Shown piece after piece: positions 26,099 to 38,228 of a DNA stretch of 64,000 bases. A program made the position numbers and the translations under genes. Origin of the DNA: Oikopleura dioica (Eukaryota; Animalia; Chordata). The stretch covers positions 9,858,001 to 9,922,000 of the forward strand of contig OU015568.1 in NCBI GenBank assembly GCA_907165135.1. The letters run 5' to 3'. Within the stretch, counting starts at the first letter, position 1. Each line of letters begins with the position of its first letter. The notes below the pieces were generated by a model that did no database searches, was not told the origin of the DNA, and saw nothing but the letters and a program-made list of their open reading frames with translations.

Positions 26099-26344
26099 TG
26101 TAAGGAGTCTGCTATACTGCCTTTTCCCACTGGAAGAATGCCTGCTAATCTCTAAGGACAACAAGGAAGAGTCGGTAGTAGAGTAATCGTTGCTGTATAT
26201 TTTGTAGAGAAAAGTTGGAAATAAATAACGAGTTGCTCGGAGGAGGTAAAAGTTACGAATGCCACTTCTGATCGGGCTCGACCGGAGTTGCGCTCGATCA
26301 GATAATGATAACGTGGGCGAGAGTCTAGCAAACCCTATACTACA
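26099..26344 (-). repeat. 5' LTR
   Basis: TGTAGTATAGGG...CTCCTTACA on the minus strand, followed by G and the PBS. Confidence 0.92.
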
Positions 26345-28516
26345 GTATGTTGTACTACATGCAATATGGAGAAACTGTTCAGAATGCAGACTTCTTAATA
26401 AATATCGTGAAAGCTTTAATCTTGAGCAAGAATAACCAAAAGCACATTGCCAATATGATATTGACTCATTTTGCATGTTCAAGATCAGAGCTTTCAAACT
26501 CATTGATTGATGATTTTTGCTCTCAATTTAGATTTAGACTGTCAGAAGTAATTTTGCTGTTCTTCATGAAACTTCATTCGAACGAACTTGTGACTTTGAT
26601 CTAATTTCACTTGGCAGCCGAATCCGCCTGCGAGTTACCGTTATTTTCCGTTTTAAATTGTGTCAGAAAAAGATTAACTTCTGTTAGAAGACACTGTCTG
26701 CGGTCTCGATTTCCTTACCCGCTCCCTTAGGAGGTTCCTTCTGAACATGTGCCTTTTATCCAGCGAAGAGTACCGATGTTTCTGAGAAGTCATCTCTTCT
26801 CGACAAAATCTCTTTCTCCGTTTGGGAAATGTTAAAAACGCAAATTGGTAAATAACCAATTCGCTAAGCCACTTCCCTTGTAAAATTGCTCGCGGCGTGT
26901 GCCCAAGGGATTTTTTCCAAAATAGATTTTCCAAATCTACTTTGTTAAGTGACCTCCTTCAGAAGGGGTTTTTGTATATTCGCTCTCGTAAATCATCCGA
27001 GGGTTGGCCGATTCATCGCCGACAAAAATGGATAGAAATCAATTGAGCGATTAATTTTTAAGTTTATTCTCCGTTCTAAGCGATACAGGCTTTGTGACAT
27101 AGCATTTAAGTTCCTTAAAATTGAACCTATATCAAGCTGATCTATAAATATTATAGAAGCAGTCGTCATTTTAGCGTCAATTTCGCTTCTCAGACAGCTT
27201 TTTTGATTTAAAAAACTGTCTAAAAAGCTTCTTCTTTCTGCCAAAATGACGAGAAGTTCTTTCAGACGGCTATTTTTCTCAAGCGAATTTTTGGAGTCTT
27301 TTGTTGCTTGCACTTTATTTATGTCGATTACCTTTTTGTTGACTCCGAGCTGTCATCTGTCGCTGCGTTAACAAAAATTTCTGACTGTTTAAAAACCTCA
27401 AGCTTACTTGTCGTGGTGGACATACTTTGCATCCAAGCACTGGAGTTGGACATCGAGGAGAACATAAAACAAGGGATCAACGAAGCAACGTCCTACAGCT
27501 CATGAAAACGTATCTCTTTCATCACTTCTTTGTCTCTTTCTTTCTGCCGAAGGTATCAAAAGTGAGCTGGCTCCTAGGGACGATTTAAGAGTCCGAGGGG
27601 GAATGCAAACTCTAATCCACGCGAGATACGTTAATTATCGGAAATTGACATTATCGAACTTGGCATCTCAAAATTTGCAAGAATTCGGTTTCATTCCCCT
27701 TTTCATTCAACCCTTATTGATCTAGAATAGTTTAATTAGTGCAGTCTCTGGATTAACGACGTTCACGAAATTGTATGTTCTATGGTATCCATTTATATCC
27801 CCGAAAAATCGTCTATCCACCTGCACGTGGCACTTGCAGCCAGAATTCGCGGGACCTGTCGATTTCTTTTTATCAGACATCGGCCAAATATCCGAGATGA
27901 TCTGAATTTTGGTGTTGCGGAATCGGCTTATGGAACCGACCCAGCGCAGTCTACTTCCTTTTGAGATAATATCGCCAAATGTTGAGAAATTCCGAGGCTT
28001 TCTAAAAAGCCAAACTTTTTTGTTGAACAAAATTTAGAAACCAGACTTTTGGGTTCTTACAGGAGATCTTCTTGCTCCGGCAAATCTTCATGTAAAAGAA
28101 AGCCACAAAGCTACAAAAGCTACGTCTGTTTTGAACTCGATTTTGATGAACTTTAGTTGAAAAGTCGAAAGAAGCAACTTTACAATTCCAACTTGGCGCC
28201 TAAATAAGAGTATTTTTGACGAACATGAGAGGTCTAGACTCGCGTGGAACACCATTCTTTCGAATTCAACAAGCCTGGTTGCCCTTTGAAAAAACACTGT
28301 GTCGCCAGAGCGAAAACATAGTGGAACGTGTGCTGTAATTTTCGATGAGTAAATTTCCGCAGATTTTGCATTTGCGAACTTATTTGACTCGCCCTTTTTT
28401 CCTTTGTTTCTCACGGGGCTTATCACTTCAGGTGGGCAATTTTGGGCAGTCGATTTATTTATGTCTTTTGTTAAATTATGCAGTTCGCATTTTTATTTTA
28501 GAGAAATTGTCAGAAG

Positions 28517-31500
28517 ATGGTGAGTGGAATTGGAGTTGATAGGGCGGAGAAAAAGCTGCGGTCTGTAATTGCCGCTCAAGAAAGTTCACTTTGCTCTTTT
28601 TTCTCTTAAGTTTATTTTCTACGAAGGGAGAACCTAAAGAAAGGCGGTTTGATATGCCCACGTCTCGAGTTGGTTAACTTTCCGGCGACTGGACGAGGCA
28701 TTGGTTGTTCAAAATCCGTCGTTGTTTCCGAAAAAGTCATCATCATTCCTCCCTCGCTCATCATTACTGGAGTTTATGTTCTTGAAAACTGCCCTTCCAT
28801 CGCCGGAGCTTTCGAATCCATCCCACCCAGCGAAAGAACGGAAAAAGTCGATGTCCAAGATTTGCTGATTCTTTGGCTGATGATGCAGCGCGCGGCTGGA
28901 GAGAGTTCTAATTTTTACGATTTCCTGGCAATGGGATCTTGAAATTTCCTTCCAAAAGCAAAAACGGGTTGAAACAAGTTTGAAATGCGGGTTCGAAACA
29001 TTCCGCGGCTTTTTGCAATTTATCTCTTGTTGAGTAATAGATCCAAGCAAAGAAACATTGCCGAAAAATTTTACGATTCCGTTAACATTTCCTCCTTCTT
29101 TGGTATGCAACCATCATTATTAGTATTATTGTTTCACTATTATTATTGTAGCTTCAATATCTTCCACTGCAGGTGCGGGAACGAGCAGCGAAAGATAGGA
29201 AAAGGAGACAGCTAACGACCTAAATTTAGTGAAAAAACAAGGGCATATTATTAAAGCGGGTGGAGCGGAACATGTTGCCAAAACGCAACTTTTTCGTACA
29301 GAAAACATGAAAACGTGTTTTCCGTTAATTTGGATCGCTTTTAAGGATGAATGGGATAGTCAGAAGATTGATAAGTACCAATTTTAAAGGTCTTTAGAGT
29401 CCCTTTAGAAAGAGCCGAAACACGCCGAAAATTTGTCAAAGGAAAGGAAGCCAGCAACACGTTAGGGTTACCGCTCGGTAGCAGTGTGAAATATGCTTTC
29501 AAAACCAAGTGTGGTGGCTCAGCTTGTTGCAAAGGCAAGGCAGAGTCTGCCTATAACGCTTAACTGGAAGGAAAAGTTTAAAGAAGATCTATTTTTTGAG
29601 TTCAAAGAGATGAAATTGCATAATTTCATGAACACAAATATTATATCAATTTGTTAAATTTGAAAAAGGACTGGCTCTGGGCGACAGCAATTATAAGTCT
29701 GAGGATGAGAAGATGATCCTGTGTTCTTATAGAAGCTAAAAATATAAAGCAGGGTTAACTTTGACGGGGCTCTCTGAGATCATCCTCAATTAGAACTCGT
29801 TTTTTCTGCGCAGATGGGTTAAAAATTCAAGAGTACAAAAACTACCGCTGGCTTGAGGAAAGGGGTTGAAATCGATTGCGATTTACTTCAATTTGGAACT
29901 TCCAAATGTTTCTGAAACTGTGTTCGAACTAGAGTTGTTTAATGAACTTTTTCGGGCGCGCGGTTTTTAGTACAAACATAGAACGTGGGTTTCCCAAATC
30001 ACCATCATCCTTGTTGAGCCATCACTAGCTAAGCACGTAACATTTTCGGAACCCTTCATTATTTTCGTGAAATGGCTAGAAATTCAACAAAAACAATCAT
30101 TAACAGATCGAGTTGGTTGACCATGAATTTGAAACTCGCTTATTCGACTAATCAGATCTTCAAGTTCAAAAAAGAGCGTCAAAATTCTCGTTGTAATTTC
30201 CGAAAATAGCAATAAAAACAGTCAGAAAGAAATCAACCCCAAAAAAGCGAGGGACGGAATTTGACCGCGCGGCACTAGGCAAGGATTTGTGATTCTGAAA
30301 CAATGTGGTGATTTGGTAATTGGATTAATTACTCGAATTTTGCAAGTGCAATTATCGAATCCTTTGAGCACCCTGGTTCGATATGCTCAACCACAGGTAC
30401 GACACGTGGAACGCAGCTTTTCACAAAACCGATCGTAGTTATTCAAAGCATTCATAACACGTAGCATTTATTCAAGTTTACACTTTCTCTGTTAGAAATT
30501 TCAAATTGAGGAAAAAGGTGAAATATTCGGCGCTTAATTTATTGGCATAATTTATTGATTCCTGATTAAGTCGGTCCAACAATGCTGAATTCGAATTCGA
30601 TCACAATACAGGACGACTTTTAGTCACGTGCATCAGGATTTGGTCTCTGGATAATAAGACTCTCGTTGAAAGACTTTTATTCACCCAAAAAGCAGTCCGA
30701 TCAAAGCTGGGGAGCAACTGTTCATTTCCTATGGCTCGCGCCCTGATGATGACCTGCTGCTCGAATATGGCTTCTGTCTTGGGTTCTAAAAAAAATATCC
30801 GGCTCGATTTGATTTTTTTTAGAAGTGATGGTGATTTGCAACCAAATCGCGTTGTCTTCAGCCAGCGCCAGGTCGCAGACGCTTGTTTTACCATCGCTGG
30901 TGTTACTAAGAGGATCGGTTCGCGGTTTCAATAAGCTTGTAATTATCAGGCTCATTGACCAGCAGATCTAAAACCGATGGAAAAGTACCTTTGATGAGAA
31001 AATAGAGCTTTCCAGAAGCATCTACGCCTCGAACATCGAAAACTTCTTCGACTTTGAAGCCACTGACAATCTTCTTTGGTAAATTTTCTTTCGAAAAACT
31101 CAACAAAAAGTTCATTTCTAGTGCCACGAAGGAGCTCATTCATCCGAAATTGATCACGTTTGTTGTCTGGTTAGTCTCAGATGCGAAAAACGAGTCCCAA
31201 CTTCTTGAAAAAGCCGATTTTGTCCGAGGGTTAAACAGCGCAGCGCAAATGACAGATTTGGACACCCTGAATTTTATCAAGAAACAAACATTTGCAACAG
31301 TCAAAGAGTTATTTTGGCAGACTCTCCAGGCACGTAAGAGCATTTTTCTCTAATTGAGTTGAATCGAGGTTGAATATTTCGACGATTCAGGACATGGAAG
31401 CTCGAGATGGCCTCGGTGGAAGTGCGTGTCGACTGGGTGAAATGATTCAAGGCAGTTGCAAAATCCTGAGGGAGGAAGGAAAGGACATCTGCAGGTTAGA

Positions 31501-31798
31501 AAGATGGAGTTTTTGCCAGAAGACTGTTGTGTCATTTTTATGTAAAAACACGCCTATTTATAGGATTTTCATCAAAAATGATGAACTTTTAAGTTTGAAG
31601 GCTCCACTTGAATCTCTAACTTTGAGATTTCGAGTTGAAGTAAACTCACCAAACTTTATTAAAGTTTAAAACTGACGCGCATTCAGTGAATCTCGTTAGA
31701 ATATCAAAACGCTTTTTCAGGCACTGGTTAGAAAAGCTACAGTAACAGAAGAGGAGAGACGAAAAGAATCATCGCCACCATTTACCGAAGCTGAATGA
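28517..31798 (+). CDS. SET-domain lysine methyltransferase, SETD4/Rubisco-LSMT-like; boundaries approximate
   Basis: LELVNFPATGRGIG...IIIPPSLIIT (28649-28942), TLPKNFTIPLTFP (~29055), APWFDMLNH (~30370-30396), PIKAGEQLFISYGSRPDDDLLLEYGFCL (~30697-30780). Confidence 0.65.
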
Positions 31799-31966
31799 TT
31801 TCAGGCTGAATATTCTTACATATTATATACATTTCTTGAACGCGAATAAAATCAACGCAAATGATAGAAATTGTGGTTCTGCTGAGTGCTGAAATTGCAG
31901 TTTGCGGCGAGTGAATGTGGTCATCGTAGAATATGAAAGGCCATTACAAGAGAAAAAAACAGAAGA

Positions 31967-33912
31967 ATGAGATTTTTGAAGCGACAGCTGAGGCAAAGGT
32001 AATTATTTTTTGATTGAGATAGTTTGAATCTAAACGGATTTAAGGCGAAGTCTTTGTCTTTTTATTGGCTATGTTGTGTACATAATTATTGGAGCGCTTA
32101 TCTTCAAAAAGGTTGAGCACCAAGAAGAAAACCAAAAATGCGAAATCGCAAAGAACGAACTTATCAAAGAGACGCACCGTTTTGGAAACGAGTACATTTT
32201 CGATCTGGGCTTGAACTTGAAGTACTGCTCCGGAATACCAAGAGTAGCGGCCGCTAATAGGCAGGCAGGGTATTTCGATCCCGAGCTCGTGGAGATTTTC
32301 GAGGAGTGGTTCGAGTCTGGATGCACCTTTGCCGCATTTAATCACTTGACGGACGAGTTGAAGCTCGTTGGAAATGGTTTTTTATTTAAAAATTTTTTTT
32401 TATTTCTTAACAAGATGTAAAACCATCATTTCTGTCCACGAGTAGCGCCCCAACTATCCGACTTTTATAAATCAATCATGGCCGTAGGAGATATGAAGCC
32501 AAAGTTCGACGAAGAAGTATTCACGATATCTGGCAGGAACGGATCTGACGATAATAGTGCTTGAACTCCGATGAACTAAAAAACACAATAGTAGCAATTT
32601 CCCGATTCTCGTGGTTTTAGAGCGCACGTTAGATCCAAACAAGGACTCTGCGAAAAATTTTGAAACAAAGTGCTCAGTTCGGCATACATCACTATCAGAA
32701 ACTGAACGAAGCGTGCGAGACGCGCTGGGATTTTGAGTCTGCCTTTTTCTTCTCAGGTCGGATAATTCCCGCATTCATGTTTCAGCTCTATCTCAGGAAC
32801 TGTAGCAACAACGATTGGCTACGGGAATATAGCTCCATCGACGAATACTGGAAAGGTCTTCACTCTCGTTTTCAGCTTGATCGGAATTCCTTATTTTGGA
32901 ATTTTAACGTGTTGGGTTGAATTTTGAGAAGTCTAAAAATCCTGTCGCAAAATTCAAACAACCCTTTGTAAGCGTGTTCTTTCGGAAGATATCAAAAGAG
33001 CAGTCAATAGCATCAAGGACCAAATCAGCTACGGATTCTAACTTCCGTATAAAAATTGTCCTGAGTTTCTGGAAGAATCCGAATTTCAGGCGACGATTTC
33101 ACATCTGCCCAAAGTACATTGCCCAGTGGATCTATATCGGGTGCGGCGTTGTTTCGCTGATTTTGATTCCTTCCTTCATTTTCAATTACATAGAAAGCTG
33201 GTCGATTTTTGACTCGATCTATTTTTCTCTTATTTAGGGATGAAATATCACTGGTATTATATCAGTTTATCAATTTTACTAAATTATTTTTTCGTTAAAG
33301 ATATTTCATCCTCTCAAAAAGTTCGCTTTCAACAATAGGCAAGATTTTCAAAAACCTGAATTTAAACCTGAAAGCCTAGCTGGGCAAATTGAAAATCCAC
33401 TATCAATAGGATTAGGTGACCTAACACCGCGAACTACACCGCCACTCTGGTCGGCCTTGAATGTCATGAACGACACTGCTTGCTTGGCAGAGCTCATCAA
33501 TCCAGTACCAAGGTTGTTCTAAATTCTTTCATAAAGGAAAAACATTCGTGCTGAATATCATTTTGGAGCAGCTGAGAATTTTTCTAAACCCGTTGGAATA
33601 TTTCATGTCGAGGAATGGAGATTCTAATCTTCAACCCACTCGGCCCAGATTTTAAAGAATATTAATTTAGTGGTGGTTTCAATCCACAGAACGTCGAGGC
33701 ATCCAAGTGCGCGCCCAATACATGGGCGGAGCGTGTAAGTTTAATCTCAATGCCAGTAGCTTCTCAGAAAACTCATTTTTTAGGTGAATAACGTATTTCA
33801 CATCTACCGAATGTTGATTTTCTTCTGGATTCTTTTCGGACTGCTGTGGCTTGGAGGAATCATTTCCCTCGCTCTTGACTACTTCAGGACCCGGGATGAA
33901 GAATATTGCTAG
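31967..33912 (+). CDS. Two-pore-domain potassium channel (K2P/KCNK family)
   Basis: M1 [27 protein letters not shown]|[13 protein letters not shown] (P1), [32 protein letters not shown]|LGD (P2). Confidence 0.9.
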
Positions 33913-35061
33913 CTAAGCACCTTTTTTATGAGCTCGAACATGTATTAGATACTCTGAGAAGTTCGTTTATGCGCTTTTCTTGGTGCTAACGGGCGAGCAA
34001 CTATGCAAACTGGTTTAAAGAATTTTGTCAACTATTTTCTTCAACCTGGTGAAAAAAGAAATCGCAGACGGCTGGCAAATCTGGAGACGGTCGAGACTGT
34101 ACAAGCAGGTGGTTTATTTTCGTGTCAACAATTTTGCTAACCCTGCCCGTTGCTTAGCCCTCAAAAAGCTCAATGAAATCCCGTGGAGCCGACGTAGCCG
34201 ATGTGAGAGTATTCGTGGGCAGCTCCGGATCAGTAGAAAAGTGCCAAACAGGAAGGCAACTCATTTTTTATGACTAAAATAATTCCCTTCATATTGGCAA
34301 CTAACTTCTGTAACAGCAACACGTAATTTTTAAGTTGTTTAAATGTTTCTTATTCATTAATTTATATTTCTTCCTTGTTGCGGTCATACCGGTGCGGCTC
34401 CCTCAGTCGTAACATTTATTTTTACTCCAAATATGATTTCTACTGTTCGTCTTATTGAGCTTCAACTCACTTTTCGTGAATATTCTGTGAGTTGCCTACA
34501 GATGTCCCAAGCAAAGACGAGCTTACTCCGATGGTGCCTTGGCTCTCCCTACGTGTCATTAACGGATCACCATTCATCAAAAGAAAATCCTCCTTGAGCC
34601 TCCTTTTTTGATTTTTTTGCCATCAATTTTCACCTAGCCTGCAATTTCAAATTGTCAATAAAAACAACAGATCCACGTTTGCTGACTACTAATAAATCTA
34701 CTACCCAAGCTAATAAGGGCAATTACGGGCCGATAGTTAGCATTATGTTGGAAACAGATGTAACATTATTTTGAAACACGGTTTTCCCCCGACGTTGACA
34801 TGTGATCATTTTCGTAACGGGTTCGAACTAGTACCGTGTTCGCAGTTATTCATAAAATGAAAACTAGCGTGGCAGTTTTCCCGCAAAAGCCAGGGCTTGG
34901 CCGGAAATCTTCACTGTCGGGCAATTGTCCATTTAACAACCGCCCACGATTTACCGAAATGGAATTTTACGGCTCTCGTTTCATTTTACTCTCTTGCTCA
35001 CCAGTCTAACTTACTCAAGTACCAGAGAGCTTACTCGACAGAAAAAATAGAGCCGAGAATA

Positions 35062-36569
35062 ATGAAGAGCTTAAAGCTGATAAGCTCGAAGCAGTCTAAT
35101 GGCGAGTTCAAAATCTGCCAGGCTGGACAACCAGAGATCAAGTTCGAAGATGGAAAGCCCGTTCAATCATTGCGGTAAGTTAGGATATTTATTGGGGAAA
35201 TACACATTTAGAAAGATATACATTTATTCTTCAGAAAACCGTAGATGATTATTTTGAGGGAGACAAAGGAGATCTGAAACACTAATATTTTAATAGTTCT
35301 TTTTTACATTTTGGGGGTGTTTTTTCCTTATTTGGTCGGAACTCCTGTGAGTCATGGCTGTCAATCAGCTTTAACTACTTAGTGCTTGAATTTTATTATA
35401 GACCGCGGATTAAAATTATGATCGAAAGTTATTACCGAAGTTAAATTTATTGCAACTATCAAAATCAACGTCCGCTAGAACCCTTCAAATCCAGTTTACT
35501 TGAAAAGAAAATTCAGATTCACGTTGGAAGTTCCTCTCTTCTCTGAGCAAGTTTACTCGCTTCAAGGATTCGGGAATGAAGAACCAGCGATGACGATCAC
35601 TTCTGAAGCTCAGCCACAAGTTTCTTGCCCTGGCTCGACTAGATCTGATCTGCAGAACTTGAAGACTACCGAATTGAAGACGACAAGAAGATTTTACTGG
35701 GAAGAGGGGCAGCTTTTCATGAATTTGCAGACACGGTAAGGTCTTTTTCGAGCAAAAATGAGCAGAATCGAGCTTTTAATTTAATCAATTGAACGTGTGT
35801 AAAATTTTAAAAGGTCACGAGGACAATTTCCGAAAAATAAAACTTTTTAAGATTCGTGCTGACCGCAAACCTGTCGATCATTAACCAAGTCGAGATCAAA
35901 GAGGTTACTTACGACATGGACAAAGCATCGACAAGGCTGGTGCCAGTTAACAACGGTGCGTTGAATCGTTAATATTTCTACTGTAGTTTTGCTTTTAGAT
36001 GAATTCAGGAGCTTTATCAACAGAAACCCTATCTTTGACAAAGAGGGCAATGTTGTTTCTATCGATCCAGAAGAAAATGGAACTGCTTGTGTTCCGACTG
36101 AAGTGACCATTCCTGTCTTCGGTGCTTTCTCAGTTCCTCCAGAACAAGATGTTGAATCTAAAACGGAACCTGGAGAGCCCAAGCAAGAGGAAAATGAAGA
36201 ATCGAAGATTCCAGAAGACGAAGGAGTTTCTAAAATCGATCACTCTGGCATTGAGTCTGGTTACGATTCCTTTGCGGATGGTGAGTAAAAAACCAAAAGA
36301 AGTTCTAAACTTTACGACTTTGACTAAAAGCCCTCGATCTCACTGCCCACTATCGCGTCAATATATACAAGAGGCGGTTCCGAATTTATGAAAGCTGTGA
36401 AATTTTTGATAATCAAGATGAATTTTTAGGAGACATCACTGCTGACGACCGCACCAGTATCGAGTCCGATTTCTCCACCTGGGAAGATGAAGAGGACGAT
36501 ATCTTGGCCGAGAAACACGACTTTCCGGATCCTACTGAAGCTCTTTCTCGATTGATTCTTTCCTCCTGA
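35062..36569 (+). CDS. Hypothetical multi-exon protein with acidic C-terminus
   Basis: Chain of open exons with GT-AG ends (MKSLKLISS...QSLR; RFVLTANLSIINQVEIKEV; DEFRSFINRNPIF...SGYDSFADG; ...RLILSS*). No recognisable family. Confidence 0.45.
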
Positions 36570-38228
36570 TTTTCTTGCAACTGAAAACAATCGACATGTG
36601 ATCACCTTTGCAGGCGAAATCAGAACTGCACTTTTAACTGCTAGAAAAATAAAATTCGTTTTATAGAACCTTTTTTTCGTTGAATTTTTTCGAGCATTGG
36701 AAGTTTATTTTGATAAGTAACGTGTTATTATGTTCTCGAGAATTTTTTAAACTTTTGACAGATGCAGTGTGTTTATCTTGGAAAAACGTTAGAAGCCGGC
36801 TTAGGCGACTGAGTTGGGTCAGCAAGGCCATCAAGCACGTTCGTGCTTAGGCTTATCGACAATGAGACACTTGACAATCTCCTACATTGGACACGCAGTG
36901 GGCATTTACTGATAACTCCCATTTACTGCATTCTCTCAGCAATTTTCTGACGAATGGAATTTGTAAATTACGAGGTCGGTAACTGTATCTTGTTCCTTCG
37001 ATTTTATTGAAAAATTGATAGAAATTAACAAAATGTTGAAGCAAAATCGTTTCATTAATTTTCGCACCCAGTGCCGCTTAGATCGATAGCCAGCAAATAT
37101 TATCGTTGGCGTGTTCTAGGGAGACCTAGATAGAGGCAAAGAGGCAATGAAACAAGTAAATCGGGACTCGAGGTGGTCAAGACGGTATCTATCATGAACT
37201 CATAGCTCTGAATGATAGGTTCTCTCTTGACACTTTGCGTCGCCGCCAATTTTACGTCGCCCCGTTGATTTTCATTAACAACTTGCTGAATAGCAAGTTT
37301 GAAATTGCAACGCCAATTTTGACCCAGTGAAATTCCACAAAATTGGCTTGATGATTTCATTCTTGCTCTCAGGAAAATCGACCCTCCAGAAATTCAAAAA
37401 TTTCAATAACACGTGGATAAGACGCACTTTCTCGGGCATAAATTTGTGGCTGAAAAGACGCGTTTTTAATTTACTGACCCAAATTCTGTATTGTTATTTG
37501 GAGTGATGCTGCAACGGTAACTTCTCAAGATCTTCAAGTTTTAGATTAAAACCGTAACCACTGACGAAAAATGAGACAGCATCAAAGACCAAGCGAATTC
37601 TTCTTTGGTTTCCCTGTTCATACCAAGAGAACATTCCGCAGACTCTCGTCTCCAACTCCACAAACCACGATGGATATTCCGTACCGTTTCCACCCTTATT
37701 ACTCTCGTCATCAACATCTTTTCGACAACATTCCTCCCCTCAATAAAATACCTGCAAATTGTCAAGAATTCTCCACGAGTTAAAAATTAAAATATTTATT
37801 CAACTTTAGACAAAATGTACAGTGCATAGAATGAAAGTGATGATTCAAAAATTTTTTGGGCAGCGTCGTTGTGTTTTTTTGATCGCAAATGATGTTGCTT
37901 CGTCATTTTTTCGGCGACTTGGCTCCGGCAAATTGTTCCAGGGGCCATTGCAGCTTGTTATTTTGGTTTAAAACGGTTCTAGTTTTTGTGCAAAGTGCTA
38001 GTCTATACAAAAGTGTGCAAATTTTCAAAAGTCCTCGAGGACTTCATGATTACAGGTATTTGAGAAAATCGAACGCCGCTTTTTTGGACGTATAAAAATA
38101 TCGGCGAGCGATTTTTTTGAAAAAACAAGCATCAAAAGTCACTTGACTACCAGTTACCGCTCTTCTTTAGGCCAATGAGCGGTCAAAGGCATCAGAGTTA
38201 CTTATGATAACTCTTCTCAAATATATGC

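Larger units (their letters stand above)
22113..26344 (-). mobile_element. Ty3/gypsy-type LTR retroelement, internally deleted (non-autonomous), identical LTRs
   Basis: Direct repeats at 22113-22355 and 26099-26344, identical by eye over 243 bp. 5' LTR has TGTA...TACA termini. PBS-like TGGTGTCAAGAAG lies 1 nt inside the 5' LTR. Purine tract AGGGGG abuts the 3' LTR. Gag-protease ORF inside. Confidence 0.9.

Noticed and set aside
26400-28450. Short ORFs on both strands right of the LTR element
   Set aside because: No recognisable motifs and conflicting frames. Unresolved without transcript data.
30245-30275. tRNA T-arm-like sequence on the minus strand, and GGTTCGAAC at ~34820
   Set aside because: No cloverleaf, acceptor stem or A-box could be built around either.
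37571-37783. Small ORF containing RFHPY (PY-NLS-like)
   Set aside because: 70 aa with no splice or homology support. The motif could arise by chance.
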